From assembly GCA_963829055.1 (NCBI GenBank), contig CAWHHI010000006.1, positions 160,001 to 224,000 of the forward strand: a stretch of 64,000 nucleotides of DNA. Direction: 5' to 3'. The notes under the pieces were generated by a model. It worked only from the letters and a program-made list of their open reading frames with translations, did not search any database and was not told the origin of the DNA. Below are positions 21,192 to 32,728 of the stretch, piece by piece. The translations under genes and the position numbers were made by a program. This stretch comes from an uncultured Gemmatimonadaceae bacterium. GTDB taxonomy: Bacteria; Gemmatimonadota; Gemmatimonadetes; Gemmatimonadales; Gemmatimonadaceae. How positions within the stretch are numbered: the stretch's first letter is position 1; each line of letters begins with the position of its first letter.

Positions 21192-21530
21192 ATGCCGCCT
21201 CTGCCGTCCCGCGCCGATCTCCTGCCTGGTACCCTGGCCATGCTCGTCCTCAAGACACTCTCGGTCGGGACGATGCATGGCTATGGCATTGCTCAGCACA
21301 TCGAGCGCCTGTCGGAGGACGTACTGCGCGTGCAGGAGGGGACGCTCTACCCGGCGCTCCAGGTGATGGAAGTGAAGGGCTGGGTTCGCTCGGAGTGGAA
21401 GCTGACGCCCACAAAGCGTCGCGCGCGCTACTACTCGATCACGGCTGCTGGTCGGAAGCAGCTCGCGCAGGACGCACAGGAGTTCGATCGCGTCGTCGCG
21501 GCGGTGACGCGCGTTATGCAGCCCGCGTGA
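21192..21530 (+). CDS. PadR-family regulator (Acidobacterial subtype)
   Basis: DLLPGTLAMLVLK, HGYGI, EGTLYPAL, RRARYY. Confidence 0.93.
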   Translation: MPPLPSRADLLPGTLAMLVLKTLSVGTMHGYGIAQHIERLSEDVLRVQEGTLYPALQVMEVKGWVRSEWKLTPTKRRARYYSITAAGRKQLAQDAQEFDRVVAAVTRVMQPA

Positions 21531-21654
21531 GCGCAATGCCCGTCCATGTCGCAGTGCTTGCGAACCGGCTCCACATGACAGCGCTCACCATGATGCAGGA
21601 CGCGCTCGACCCGACGTTCATGCGCGTGGTCGACTTCACGATGAGGGCACATCG

Positions 21655-24355
21655 ATGATCTCCTGGCTCCGTGGCCTCTGGCTGCGCCTCAGATACTACG
21701 TTCTCCGCGCGCGGTACGATCGCGAGATGGAAGAAGAGATGCGTTTCCACGTCGAGCTTCGCGCGGCAGAGCATCAGCACGCGGGTATGACGGAGGAGGA
21801 AGCGCGAGACGCCGCGACGCGACGGTTCGGCAACCGCACATCGCTGCAGGAATCACGACGCTCGGCCGTCGGCTTCCCGACGCTCGACACGCTCGGTCAG
21901 GATGTTCGGTACGTCCTGAGAGCGATCCGCCACTCGCCAGGCTTCAGCGCGATGGTGGTCCTCACGTTAGGCCTCGCGATTGGCGCCAACGCGGCGATGT
22001 TCGGGATCATCGATCGGCTCCTGCTTCGCGGACCGGCGTTCGTGGTCGATCCGGACCGCGTCGTGCGCGTGTACGTCACGGAGAAGGACGGCAACTTCGG
22101 CGAGTCGACCGGAAGCGTCGTCGGGTTCGTCACGTACGACCATCTGCGCGCAACCGCCCATGATTTCGAGGATCTCGCGGTCTACTCGCGAACCGAGGTG
22201 ACTGTCGGGCGAGGCATGGATGCCCAGCGGATTCAGCTGGGCCGAGTGTCGTGGAATTTCTTCCCGATGCTGGGCGTTAGGCCGGTGGTGGGTCGCTTCT
22301 TTGGCGCCGACGAGGATCGTCTGCCGCAGGGCGAGAACGTCGTCGTTCTGGACGAGGGCTACTGGAAGCGGTCGTTTGCGGGTGATCGCGGCGTGATCGG
22401 CCGTCCGCTCGTCATGGGTGGTGTGACGTACACCATCGTTGGCGTGGCGCCCCGAGGGTTCACGGGCGTCGAGCTCGAGCGTCGCGACGCGTGGGTGCCG
22501 ATCAGCCTGACGTACTGGGGGCCGGGCAGCGATTGGGCGACTGGCTGGGACATCAACTGGCTTCAGATCGTCGGCCGACTCAAGCCCGGTGTCACGCTGG
22601 CGCAGGCAGGTGCCGATGCCACCGCTGCTCACCGGCGCGCGTACGACGGTCCGGCGAACCATACGATGCGCACCGCGCGGCTCTCGGTAGCGCCGCTGCG
22701 CTTCAATCGGAGCGCCGAGGAGACGACCGAAGCGCGTGTGTCTCGCTGGCTGGTCGCGGTCGCCGCGATCATGCTGCTCATTGCCTGCGCGAACGTCGCG
22801 AACCTCATGCTCGCGCGAGCGACGCGTCGGAGACGCGAAGTGGCGGTGCGTCTCGCGCTCGGCATCGGTCGCGGCCGGCTCATCCGGCTACTCGTAGCGG
22901 AGAGCGTGGCACTCGCACTCCTCGGCGGTGCGGCGGGGCTTCTGGTTGCGTTCGTGGGCGGGCGGTTCGTGCGCGGCGTGCTGCTGCCTAACGTCGAATG
23001 GACGGACTCGACGATCGACGCTCGCGTCCTCATCGTGACGGCGCTCGCGGCGGTGGCGACTGGCGTACTGGTCGGGCTCATCCCGGCGTTTCAGGGGACG
23101 CGCCTCGAGCTCACGTCCGCGCTCAAGTCGGGCGTCCGCGAAGGCGGCGCACAGCGCAGTCGCGTTCGTACCATGCTCACGGTCACACAAGCGGCGCTGT
23201 CCGTGGTCCTGCTGGTGGGCGCCGGACTGTTCGTCCGAAGTCTGTGGAACGTCTATCGTCTTCAGCTCGGCATCGAGCCCGACAAGGTGCTCACGGTGGC
23301 GTTCGACTGGCCGACCATCGCCGACCGATCGGACGAAGGCAAACAGCGTCAGCGCCAGCGGCAAGACATGTTCTACGATGAAGCCCTGGCGCGCGTGCGC
23401 ACGTTGCCGGGCGTCGAGCGCGCTGGTGTCGTGGTGGGCACGCCGTTCCAGTCATCGGCGAGCACCGATCTGCGCTTGCCCGGGCGCGATTCGATACCTC
23501 AGCTCGCGGGCGGCGGCCCGTACATTCGCGCGGTGTCGGACGGCTACTTCGCGACCGCCGGCACGCGCGTGTTGCGAGGACGCGACTTCACGGCAGCTGA
23601 TGTCTCGAGCGCGGCACGTGTGGCGATCGTGAACGAGACGATGGCTCGCACGCTGTGGCCTAACGCGGACCCGATCGGCGAGTGCCTGTTGATCGACACG
23701 CTTGCCGTGCTCGAGCGTCGTCGGCGTCGTCGAGGATGCTCGCCGCTTCTCGCTCCGCGAGAAGCCCGCGATGCAGTACTACATCCCGCTCGGCGAAGAG
23801 CACGCGATCGGATTCGGTGGACGGCGTATGTTCGTGCGGCCGCGCGGCGATGCATCCGCGCTCCGTGAGACGTTGCGCGCAGAGATGCTGCGCCTGAATC
23901 CGGGGCTCGCGTTCGTGACGGTGGAGCCGCTGCAGGATTCGCTCGACCCACAGATCCGCCCGTGGAGGTTGGGCGCAACGATGTTCGGCTTGTTCGGCGC
24001 GCTCGCGTTGCTCGTGGCGGCAATTGGCCTGTACAGCGTCATCTCGTATCTCGTGACGCAGCGTCGCCACGAGCTCGGCGTTCGCATCGCGCTCGGCGCG
24101 CAGATGGGGAACATTGTCGGGATGGTCGTGCGCTATGGTGTGGGATTGGCGGTGGTGGGCATCGTCATCGGCATGGTGCTGGCACTCAACGCGTCGCGGC
24201 TGATCGAGCCGCTGCTGTTCGAGACGTCGCCGCGGAACCCGCTCGTGTTCATGCTGGTGGCGGCGGTGCTGTTGGTGGTCGCGTTGGTGGCGAGCGTGAT
24301 CCCGGCGTGGCGTGCCTCACGAGTCGATCCCATCGAGGCGCTGAGGACGGAATAG
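21655..24355 (+). CDS. ADOP-type duplicated permease 2 (frameshift ~23702)
   Basis: Prefix EEEMRFH..GMTEEEARDAATRRFGN; LLIACANVANL; ELGVRIALGA; RASRVDPIEALRTE. Confidence 0.93.
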
Positions 24356-24357
24356 TC

Positions 24358-24545
24358 GGAGGCGCGGAGGGCGGAAGGCGGAAGGCGGAAGGCGGAGAAA
24401 AGCGTGTCATCCCGAGGAGCGGCAGCGACGAGGGACCTTCTGCGATGCCATCGTAGCCAGTGCGGCCACGAGCACGTTCACAGAAGATCCCTCGCTGCCG
24501 CTCGGGATGACACTCTTTCCCGCCCTCCGCCTTCCGCCCTCCGCT
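24358..24545. repeat. Composite hairpin: (GGCGGAA)n arms around REP-like A2 (24405-24512)
   Basis: Heptamer arms inverted about TGTCATCCCGAG...CTCGGGATGACA. Confidence 0.88.
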
Positions 24546-24690
24546 TTCCGACCATGGGTACACTGACCCATGTGCGCGCGACTCCTCGTAGCGAGTTTGC
24601 CTGCGCGCGGTGACGATCACCGCGACGACGCAAACCACAACGACCGCGCGCGCTCACGGTGCGCGGCTGACGGAAACAGGAGCCGCTACG

Positions 24691-25578
24691 ATGCCGTACC
24701 GACCCGCCACTACTTCGACCCTCGCCACGATTGCCGCCGCATTCGTTCTCGCCGCCTGCACCGATCCGACGCCCACCGCCGCCGGTCCTGGCGTGGTCAC
24801 GCCCTCCCTCGATCGTGCCGGTGATGCGCCCGGTACCCATCGGCAATACGGCACGCCCATCAAGCTCGGCAACGGTAAGGCGCGCAGCTATGTCGTGCTG
24901 AACAGGGGTGTGCCCGTCGAAGTCGGCGTCGCGCTCGATGAGAGCGCCCTCGATGGCCTGCGTCCACCGATGCCGCCGATGGCAGGCGACCCCAATGGTG
25001 GTGGCGAGCACGCACACGTCGACATGGACAGGTACTCGCTCGCGATGCCCGCGCAGAATCCGACGCCGTACAAGTTCATCGAGCTCGACTGGAATCCCGC
25101 GGGCCACGAGCCGGAGAACATCTACACGATTCCGCACTTCGACTTCCACTTCTACAAGATCGCGGTGGCCGAGCGCGACGCGATTGTGCCGAGTGATCCC
25201 GCGTTCATGACGAAGTCCGCCAACGTCCCGGCGGATGAGTTCATGCCCGCGTTCGCGTTCTCGCCGCCGCCGCGCGTCGCGATCCCGCAGATGGGCGTGC
25301 ACTGGGTCGATATCCGCACTCCCGAGCTGCAGCCGCCACCCAACAACAAGCGGTTCACATCGACGTTCATCAACGGCACGTACAACGGCGCGGTGATTTT
25401 CCAGGAGCCGATGATCACGCGCGAGTTCATTCTCTCGAAGCCGAACGTCACGCTGCAGATCCCGGTCGCCGCGCGCGTCACGCCGGCCGGCTATTACCCG
25501 ACCGCTTACAGCATCACGTATGACGAGCAGGCCAAGGAACATCGCATTGCGCTGACGCAGTTGGAGTGGAGAAACTGA
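24691..25578 (+). CDS. DUF5602-like lipoprotein
   Basis: Lipobox LAAC; WNPAGHEP..YTIPHFDFHFY, MGVHW, EPMIT. Confidence 0.75.
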   Translation: MPYRPATTSTLATIAAAFVLAACTDPTPTAAGPGVVTPSLDRAGDAPGTHRQYGTPIKLGNGKARSYVVLNRGVPVEVGVALDESALDGLRPPMPPMAGDPNGGGEHAHVDMDRYSLAMPAQNPTPYKFIELDWNPAGHEPENIYTIPHFDFHFYKIAVAERDAIVPSDPAFMTKSANVPADEFMPAFAFSPPPRVAIPQMGVHWVDIRTPELQPPPNNKRFTSTFINGTYNGAVIFQEPMITREFILSKPNVTLQIPVAARVTPAGYYPTAYSITYDEQAKEHRIALTQLEWRN

Positions 25579-25580
25579 GC

Positions 25581-25743
25581 AATCGGGAATCGGGAATCGG
25601 GAATCGGGAATCGACGAACCCCGGGAGGCTCGACGTGAGCGTCCCGGGGTTGTCGCTTGTCGACCAGCGACCAGCACGAGCGACCAGCGACCAGCTCTCG
25701 ATTCCCGATTCCCGATTCCCGATTCCCGATTCCCGATTCCCGA
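25581..25743. repeat. Inverted (GGGAATC)n/(GATTCCC)n arms enclosing a hairpin and a (GACCAGC)n block
   Basis: About 4 GGGAATC units, 6 GATTCCC units; 25661-25696 identical to 51915-51950. Confidence 0.9.
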
Positions 25744-25756
25744 CTAGCTTCTCGTC

Positions 25757-27752
25757 GTGCATGAAATCCCCGTTCTTCGCGACCTCGTCATCCTCGTCGC
25801 GATCGCCATCCCGGTCGTCATCGTCGCGCAGCGGCTGCGCGTCCCGACCGTCGTCGGATTTCTGCTCACCGGCATCGCTATCGGGCCTAACGCGCTCGGG
25901 CTCGTCGCACAGCCGGACTCCGTCGCCGCGCTGGCCGAAGTAGGGGTCGTCCTGCTGCTGTTCGCGATCGGGCTCGAGCTGTCCTTGTCGCGCATCGTGC
26001 GCATGGGGCAGTGGGTAATTCGCGGCGGTGGCCTCCAGGTGCTCGCGACCATCGCCGTCATCGCCGTCGCGTCAATGACGTTCGGAACGGCGCCGCGACT
26101 CGCGGTCTTCTTCGGCGCGCTGTTCGCGCTCTCGTCCACGGCGATCGTCCTCAAGGTCTACAACGATCGCGCCGAGCTGGATACGCCACACGGCCGAGTC
26201 GTCGTCGCGATCCTGCTGTTTCAGGATCTCTGCGTCGTGCCGCTCATGCTCGGTGCGCCGGTGCTCGCGGGATCCGCGGCGAGCACGGGCGAGTCCATTC
26301 GGACGATCATCGTGAGCGTTGTTGTCGTCGGCGACGCTGGTGCTTGGCGGGCGACTCTTCGTTCCCTACGCGCTACGACGCATCGCCGAGTTGCGAAACC
26401 GCGAGATCTTCACGCTGTCGGTCGTCTTCATCGGACTCGGCGCCGCCTATCGTGACGTCCGCGTTCGGCATGTCGCTCGCACTCGGCGCGTTCCTCGCTG
26501 GGCTGATCATCTCGGAGTCGGACTACGGCCTCCAGGCGCTGTCCGACGTGCTCCCGTTCCGCGACACGTTCAGCGGCATCTTCTTCATCTCCGTCGGGAT
26601 GTTGTTGGACATCGGCTACGTCGTCGCGCATGCGTGGACTCGTTCTGTCGGTCACGTTCGCGGTGATGCTCGTGAAGGCACTGATCGTCATCTGCGGTCG
26701 TTAGGCTGCTCAAGCGATCGCTCCGCATCGGGATTCTCAGCGGATTCGGGCTCGCCCAGGTCGGCGAGTTCTCCTTCGTGCTTGCCGGGAGCGGCATCAC
26801 GCTCGGTCTCCTCGACCGCCGATCAGTATCAACTATTTCTTGGTGCGTCGGTGCTGTCGATGCTGGCCGCGCCGTTCGTCATCGCGAGCGGCGACCGTGT
26901 CGCGGAATGGGCGTCACGCGCGAGTCACGGGTCAGACGTCTCGATCCCCACGCCAGGAGATGACCGACCGTCCGCGCACTCCGCGATCACGTCATCATCG
27001 TCGGGTATGGTCTGAACGGACGGAACCTCGCGCTCGCCCTCGAGTCGGCGCACATCCCGTACGTCGTGCTCGAGCAGAACGGACAGCTCGTGCGACGCGC
27101 TCGGCTCGAGCGCACGCCGATCTTCTTCGGCGACGGCACGCGGACCGAGGTGCTCGAGAAGGTCGGTATCGAGCACGCGCGCGTGCTGGTGTTCGCGATC
27201 GCCGCGCCGGCCGAGGAGCGCCGTGGCGTCGCGGTCGCGCGGCATCTGAGCAAGAGCGTGCGCATCGTGGTGCGAACGCGCTACGTCTCGGAGATCGAGG
27301 AGCTGCGACGGCTGGGCGCCGATGAGGTGATTCCCGAGGAGCTCGAGACGTCGGTCGAGATCTTCGCGCGCGTGCTGCGGCGGTATGGCGTCGAGGTGAA
27401 TCGGATCCGTCGGCTGGTGGATGAGGTCCGCGGCGATCACTACGGGATGTTCCTGACGCGCGAACGCTCGGTGACGACGCGGATCGGCGATGCGCTCGCC
27501 CCGTTAGGCGAGCGTGTGCGCCTGCAGACGGTGGTCGTCGAGGCAGGTGCGTTGGCGGTGAAGCGAAGTCCGGCGTCGCTGGGCCTTCGGAAGACGACCG
27601 GTGCTACGGTCATCGCGGTGGTCCGCGCCGGTGCCGTGACGTACTCGCCGGAGCCGACGACCGAATTCGAGGAAGGCGATGAAGTCCTGCTGGTCGGAGA
27701 TGCCGGGGCGCTGGAGAAGGCTCGTACGCTCTTCGAAGCTGTGGCGCGCTGA
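25757..27752 (+). CDS. CPA2 cation:proton antiporter with TrkA-N and TrkA-C domains (multiple frameshifts)
   Basis: LAEVGVVLLLFAIGLE, LSSTAIV, ILLFQD, IIVGYGLNG, GDGT, GATVIAV. Confidence 0.9.
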
Positions 27753-27758
27753 GGTTCG

Positions 27759-28087
27759 TCGCGCCGCGGTCGGTGGGAACTACGATTGGCGCGGATGACA
27801 CGGAAAACGGCCGGATACAACTTTGCATTGACACTGGCTCATTGCCGGACACTGAAATAATGGGAACGGCCGCTCGGGAGCCTCCTGCGTCCCGAGCGGC
27901 CGTTCTCAAAATTCCGGCTCGTGGCGAGAGGAGCCGGAATCTACCGAGCAGTATCCTGCTTCTTTCGTTTCATCCGCCCAATCGTAGTTCTCACCGACTC
28001 CGGCGCGAGGATGCGTGGATGCAAAGCCGTATCCGGTAGTTTCGCCAGTACAGATCTGCACAATCGTAGTTCCCACCGGCCCCGCGA
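27759..28087. mobile_element. Family C element copy 2
   Basis: TCGCGCCGCGGTCGGTGGGAACTACGATTGG end, central hairpin, two reverse units. Confidence 0.75.
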
Positions 28088-28144
28088 GATGACGCCTGAA
28101 GGATCCGCTCCGCGAGCGCAGCGACTCTGACCGAATCTTCAAGA

Positions 28145-28978
28145 ATGGGGGTTGTGGACGATCGTCGCGCGCGGCAAATCCAGACCATGACTATCGATTG
28201 GCGTCGGACTGTCATGGACGTCCGGAAGGCAATGTGGCGGCTCGGTACCCGATCGGCCCTGCGTTATGACCTGCAGCGCGCACGTCACGCGCTCGGCATC
28301 GCTCCACCGGTAGTCGAGCTGACCGCGCGACGATCGCGTTACCGCCTCAGCGCCCGTCCGAGCTCCACTGACTTCATCGTGTTCGGTCAGACGTTCATTG
28401 GTGAGCCATACGCCTGCCTCGATGACCTGACTGGCGTCGACTTCATCATCGATTGCGGGGCGAACGTCGGGTTCGCGTCGGCGTTCCTGCTTTCGCGCTT
28501 CCCTGACGCGTCACTCGTCGCCATCGAACCGGACCCGGACACGTTCCGGATCCTGGAGCGCAACCTCGCGCCTTACGGACCGCGCGTTCGAGCCGAACAG
28601 GCGGGGGTCTGGTCGCACGCGACTGACCTGCGCATCGAAGAGCGTCCGTATCGCGGCGGTGGAGCGTGGGCGCGTCAGGTCAGAGAGTGTGCGCCCGGTG
28701 AGGTCCCAACGCTGCACGCGGTCGACATCCCAACGGTGCTCGCCCAGAGCGGACACGATCGCATCTCGATTCTCAAGATCGACATCGAGGGGGCAGAACA
28801 CGCGGTGTTCTCCGCGCCTAACGTCGCCAGCTGGCTGCCGCTCGTGGACTGCCTGGTGATCGAGCTGCACGACGATACGCACTTCGGCCCGTGCACCGAG
28901 GTCTTTCAGCGCGCGATCGCCGATCAGCCGTTCGACGTGAGTCACGTCGGTGAGCTGACAGTCTGCCGACGCGTATGA
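28145..28978 (+). CDS. FkbM-family methyltransferase
   Basis: IIDCGANVG, AIEP, LKIDIEGAE, IELH. Confidence 0.9.
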   Translation: MGVVDDRRARQIQTMTIDWRRTVMDVRKAMWRLGTRSALRYDLQRARHALGIAPPVVELTARRSRYRLSARPSSTDFIVFGQTFIGEPYACLDDLTGVDFIIDCGANVGFASAFLLSRFPDASLVAIEPDPDTFRILERNLAPYGPRVRAEQAGVWSHATDLRIEERPYRGGGAWARQVRECAPGEVPTLHAVDIPTVLAQSGHDRISILKIDIEGAEHAVFSAPNVASWLPLVDCLVIELHDDTHFGPCTEVFQRAIADQPFDVSHVGELTVCRRV

Positions 28979-28989
28979 GCGCCCCAGTT

Positions 28990-29056
28990 CAAAACCGTAT
29001 CCGGTAGTTTCGCGGTACCGATCCGCCCAGTCGTAGTTCGGCCGGCCTGGCCCGAT
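28990..29056. repeat. Single family C unit
   Basis: CCGTATCCGGTAGTTTCGC..GATCCGCCCAGTCGTAGTTC matches 28021-28083 in the same orientation. Confidence 0.75.
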
Positions 29057-29125
29057 GATGCGTCGATGCATGGCGGGTGGCGCGCCTTCCGTCCCATCGA
29101 TCTGGACAGAATCCGCCCGCGATAT

Positions 29126-29159
29126 TATATCGACGCTAGATATATCGATCGCCGATCTA
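29126..29159. promoter_or_regulatory. Tandem putative PadR operators
   Basis: TATATC-N7-GATATA and overlapping TATATC-N7-GATCTA in an AT-rich patch upstream of padR. Confidence 0.6.
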
Positions 29160-29190
29160 GTTTCCGCCATCCCCGCGGGATTATCGCCTG

Positions 29191-29559
29191 ATGAAAACGC
29201 GACCGCCCGACCCGCAGACCCTCCTGCCGCTCCCCGTCTCGGAGTTCCAGATCCTGCTCGCGCTCGCCGACGAGGAGCGTCACGGCTACGCCATCAAGCG
29301 CGAGGTCGCGGACCGCACCAACGGCGACGTGCAGCTCGGACCCGGCACACTGTACGGCGCCATCAAGCGCATGGTGAGCAGCGGCTTCATCGAGGAAAGC
29401 GATGAGCGGCCCGACCCCGACCTCGACGACGAGCGCCGCCGCTACTACCGCATCACGTCGTTAGGTCGCCAGGTGGCGGTCGCCGAAGCGCGACGCATGG
29501 AGCGACTCGTCGGCATCGCGCGCGCCAAGCGACTCCTCGGCCGACCCGAGCCGGCATGA
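29191..29559 (+). CDS. PadR-family regulator (second subtype)
   Basis: LPLP..FQILLALADEERHGYAI, GPGTLYG, DERRRYY; ATGA overlap with permease. Confidence 0.93.
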   Translation: MKTRPPDPQTLLPLPVSEFQILLALADEERHGYAIKREVADRTNGDVQLGPGTLYGAIKRMVSSGFIEESDERPDPDLDDERRRYYRITSLGRQVAVAEARRMERLVGIARAKRLLGRPEPA

Positions 29560-32309
29560 CCCGCCTCGACGGTCCCGGCCGGTTCGCGACCACCTTCGTT
29601 CGCGCGCTGCTCCGGCTGTATCCAACAGCGTTCCGCGAACGCTACGGCCGCGAGGTCGAACAGCTCGTGCGTACCGCGTGGGCAGATCGACCCGCTTCCG
29701 GCGCCGAACGCCCGGTCGCGTTCTGGGCGTTGGTTGCGGCTGACCTCACGATCGGCGCCACACGCGAACGCCTCGCGACAGTGCGTGAGTGGCGTCGAAG
29801 CAGGGAACGTCGCCGACTCGCGCGCACGCACGCTTCCATCAATGGGCCTTCAACTCAGGACGGCGGTATGGGCACGCTGGCGCAGGACCTCCGGTACGCG
29901 TGGCGCACGGTCCGCAAGAGTCCGGGCTTCGCGCTCGTCGTCATCACGTCGCTCGCGTTAGGGATCGGCGCGAACACGCTCATCTATAGTGTGGTGGACG
30001 GCATCGTTCTGCGACCGTTCCCGTACCCTAACGCGGACCGCCTCGTCGCCATCGGCGTGACGTACCCCGCGATGAACGGCGAGCGACGGTTCATCGAGGC
30101 CGTTTCGCCGCCCGAATACAACGACATCCGCGCTGGCGTCTCATCGATCCAGCAGGCGTTCGCGTTCGACCTCGGCAATCGCAACATCTCGGGTGGCGAT
30201 CAGCCCGAGCGCGTGTTCACCGGGTTCATCTGGGGCGATCCCATGGCGTCCATCGGCGTTCGCCCGCTGCTCGGCCGCAGCTTCCGCCCCGAGGAGACGA
30301 CGGCGCAGCGGACCGGCCGTCGCGGTGATCAGTCATCGCATCTGGCAATCCCGGTTCGGAGGCGACTCGGCGATCATCGGCAAATCCATTCGCGTGAACG
30401 GCCAGCCGACCGACATCGTCGGCGTCATGCCACCCGGGTTCCTGCTCGTCGGCACCGACCTGTGGCTGCCCATGGGTGTCGAGCCGTCTGCGATTCCGCG
30501 TCAGGCACGGCAGTGGACGGTGATCGGGCGGCTGCGCGACGGCGCGACGATGGCGCAGGCGAACGCCGAGGTGAAGGCGCTGGCCGGGCGTATCGAGCGC
30601 GAGTACGGGCGCGAGCGAAAGGAGTACGCCGGCTGGCGGATGGAAGTCGACACGTGGACGAATGCCGTCGTCGGCGGATACAAGCCGGCGGGACGAATCC
30701 TGCTCGGCGCGGTCGCGCTCGTGCTGGTGATCGCCTGCGCGAACATCGCGAGCCTGCTGCTGGCGCGGGCCACGGCGCGGCAGCGCGAGCTCGCCGTGCG
30801 TCGAGCGCTCGGGGCGGGGACGAGCGCGCATTGCGCGACAGCTGCTCACGGAGAGTCTGCTGCTCGCGATCGTCGGCGGATCCGTCGGACTCCTGCTGGC
30901 GTACGCGTTGCTCGGTCCGACGATCGTCGCTCTTCCCGCAGCAGCTGCGAGACGCCGGCGTCGCGGCGACCATCAACGGACGCGTTCTGCTCTACACGTT
31001 AGGTGCCGCGGTCGCGTCCGGCTTGTTGTTCGGCGTCGCGCCGGCACTGCAGGGCCTGCGTGGCGGTGGACGGGAGTGGCTCACCGGCGAGGGCGCGGCC
31101 GGCCGCCTGACGACCAGCGCCGGCGGGCGACGCGTGCGCAACGCATTCGTCGTGGCGGAGATCGCGCTCTCGCTCATGCTGCTCGTTGGTGCGGGCGTGC
31201 TGCTCCGCAGCTTCACGCGGCTGCAGCACGTGGATCCCGGATTCGACACGCGCAACGTGCTCACGATGCGCCTGTCGCTGCCGCGCGAGCAGTACAAGAA
31301 CGACGCCGTGGGCGTGTTCTTCGAGGACGTCTCGCGGCGACTCGCGACCGTGCCGGGCGTGCGTTCGGCCGGCGCGACCACGCAGTTCCCGCCAGGCAAC
31401 TCGTTCGCGACCAGGTCTCACCGTCGATGGTCAGTCGCAGCCGACCGACCAGGCGCCAATGGTCGACATCACGAACGTCGCCGGCGACTACTTCGAGGCG
31501 ATGGGCTACACGCTCAAGGCGGGTCGCCTGCTCACGACGACGGACGACGAGAAATCGCCGCTGGTGGCCGTCGTGACCGAGGGCGGCGGCTCGACGATTC
31601 TTCGGAGGCGGTAGCGCGCTCGGACGTCGCATCGCGCTTGGCGATGACGACGCCGCGGAGATGGGTGGAGGTCGTGGGCGTGGTGGCCGACGTGCGCAAT
31701 CACGGTCTCACCGAGGCGCCGACGCCCGAGGTGTTCGTTCCGGTGCGCCAGCAGATCGCCGGCTGGAACAACCAGCTCTTCCTGACGATCCGCACGCAAT
31801 CGGATCCGCTCGCGATGCTTCCGGCCGTTAGGCGGACCATCGCGCAGGTCGATCCGCTCCAGCCGGTGTACGCGATCCGCACACTCGATGGCGCGTTCGC
31901 GGAGGCTGTCGCACAGCGTCGAGCGGCCATGCTGCTGATCACGATCTTCGCCGGTGTGGCGCTCGTGCTCGCGGCGGTCGGGATCTACGGTCTCATGTCG
32001 TACATGGTGAACGAGCGGACGCACGAGATCGGCATTCGCATGGCGCTCGGCGCCGTCGGCGGCGACGTGTTAGGCATGGTCGTGCGGCAGACGCTGCGGC
32101 TCGTCGTCATCGGCGCGGTGCTCGGGCTGGCCGGCGCGCTGGCACTCGGCCGCGCCCTCACGAGTCTCGTCTTCGAGGTGAAGCCGAGCGACCCGACGAC
32201 GCTGGCGGTCGTGACGGTGCTGTTGGCGCTCGTCGCGCTGGCGGCGACGCTCGTGCCCGCGCTGCGGGCTACACGCGTGACGCCGCTGGTCGCTCTGCGC
32301 CGGGACTAA
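29556..32309 (+). CDS. ADOP-type duplicated permease 3 (multiple frameshifts)
   Basis: Prefix LLRLYPTAFRERYGRE; QDLRYA, LVIACANIA, EIGIRMALGA, ALRRD. Confidence 0.9.
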   Translation: MTRLDGPGRFATTFVRALLRLYPTAFRERYGREVEQLVRTAWADRPASGAERPVAFWALVAADLTIGATRERLATVREWRRSRERRRLARTHASINGPSTQDGGMGTLAQDLRYAWRTVRKSPGFALVVITSLALGIGANTLIYSVVDGIVLRPFPYPNADRLVAIGVTYPAMNGERRFIEAVSPPEYNDIRAGVSSIQQAFAFDLGNRNISGGDQPERVFTGFIWGDPMASIGVRPLLGRSFRPEETTAQRTGRRGDQSSHLAIPVRRRLGDHRQIHSRERPADRHRRRHATRVPARRHRPVAAHGCRAVCDSASGTAVDGDRAAARRRDDGAGERRGEGAGRAYRARVRARAKGVRRLADGSRHVDECRRRRIQAGGTNPARRGRARAGDRLREHREPAAGAGHGAAARARRASSARGGDERALRDSCSRRVCCSRSSADPSDSCWRTRCSVRRSSLFPQQLRDAGVAATINGRVLLYTLGAAVASGLLFGVAPALQGLRGGGREWLTGEGAAGRLTTSAGGRRVRNAFVVAEIALSLMLLVGAGVLLRSFTRLQHVDPGFDTRNVLTMRLSLPREQYKNDAVGVFFEDVSRRLATVPGVRSAGATTQFPPGNSFATRSHRRWSVAADRPGANGRHHERRRRLLRGDGLHAQGGSPAHDDGRREIAAGGRRDRGRRLDDSSEAVARSDVASRLAMTTPRRWVEVVGVVADVRNHGLTEAPTPEVFVPVRQQIAGWNNQLFLTIRTQSDPLAMLPAVRRTIAQVDPLQPVYAIRTLDGAFAEAVAQRRAAMLLITIFAGVALVLAAVGIYGLMSYMVNERTHEIGIRMALGAVGGDVLGMVVRQTLRLVVIGAVLGLAGALALGRALTSLVFEVKPSDPTTLAVVTVLLALVALAATLVPALRATRVTPLVALRRD

Positions 32310-32322
32310 ATAGTGTGGCAGG

Positions 32323-32643
32323 TTCCCGCGGGGACGCAGTAAGCTCCAGCACGCATCCAGAACCGAGGGTGTGAACGGAAACGGCCGGAAACATCGGATC
32401 GGGCGGATCCCAATGGACAGTCGGCCAACGAGCCGTGATGAGGAACGGCCTCCGGGACGAGTGCGCGAGGCCGTTCCCTTTTCAACCGGCCCCGGCTCCA
32501 AGATCCATCCGGGTCGCGATGGGATCAGGCCGCTGTCAGTCGTTTCCGCCTGATCGGTTCACACTCTGGGTTCTGGATGTCGTGTCGAAGCGGTTCGTCC
32601 GGATGGTGTGCCGAAGCATTCCTCGGCGTCCTCTGCGGTGAAA
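32323..32643. repeat. Family B long hairpin copy 2
   Basis: Colinear homology to 5941-6287. Confidence 0.85.
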
Positions 32644-32728
32644 CGGCGTTGTTGTCTCGCATCGGGGCGGCGCGCGTGGTAACGTGACCCCGTGAGGGCG
32701 CCCCTCGCGCCCTCGAAACGGGGGTACC

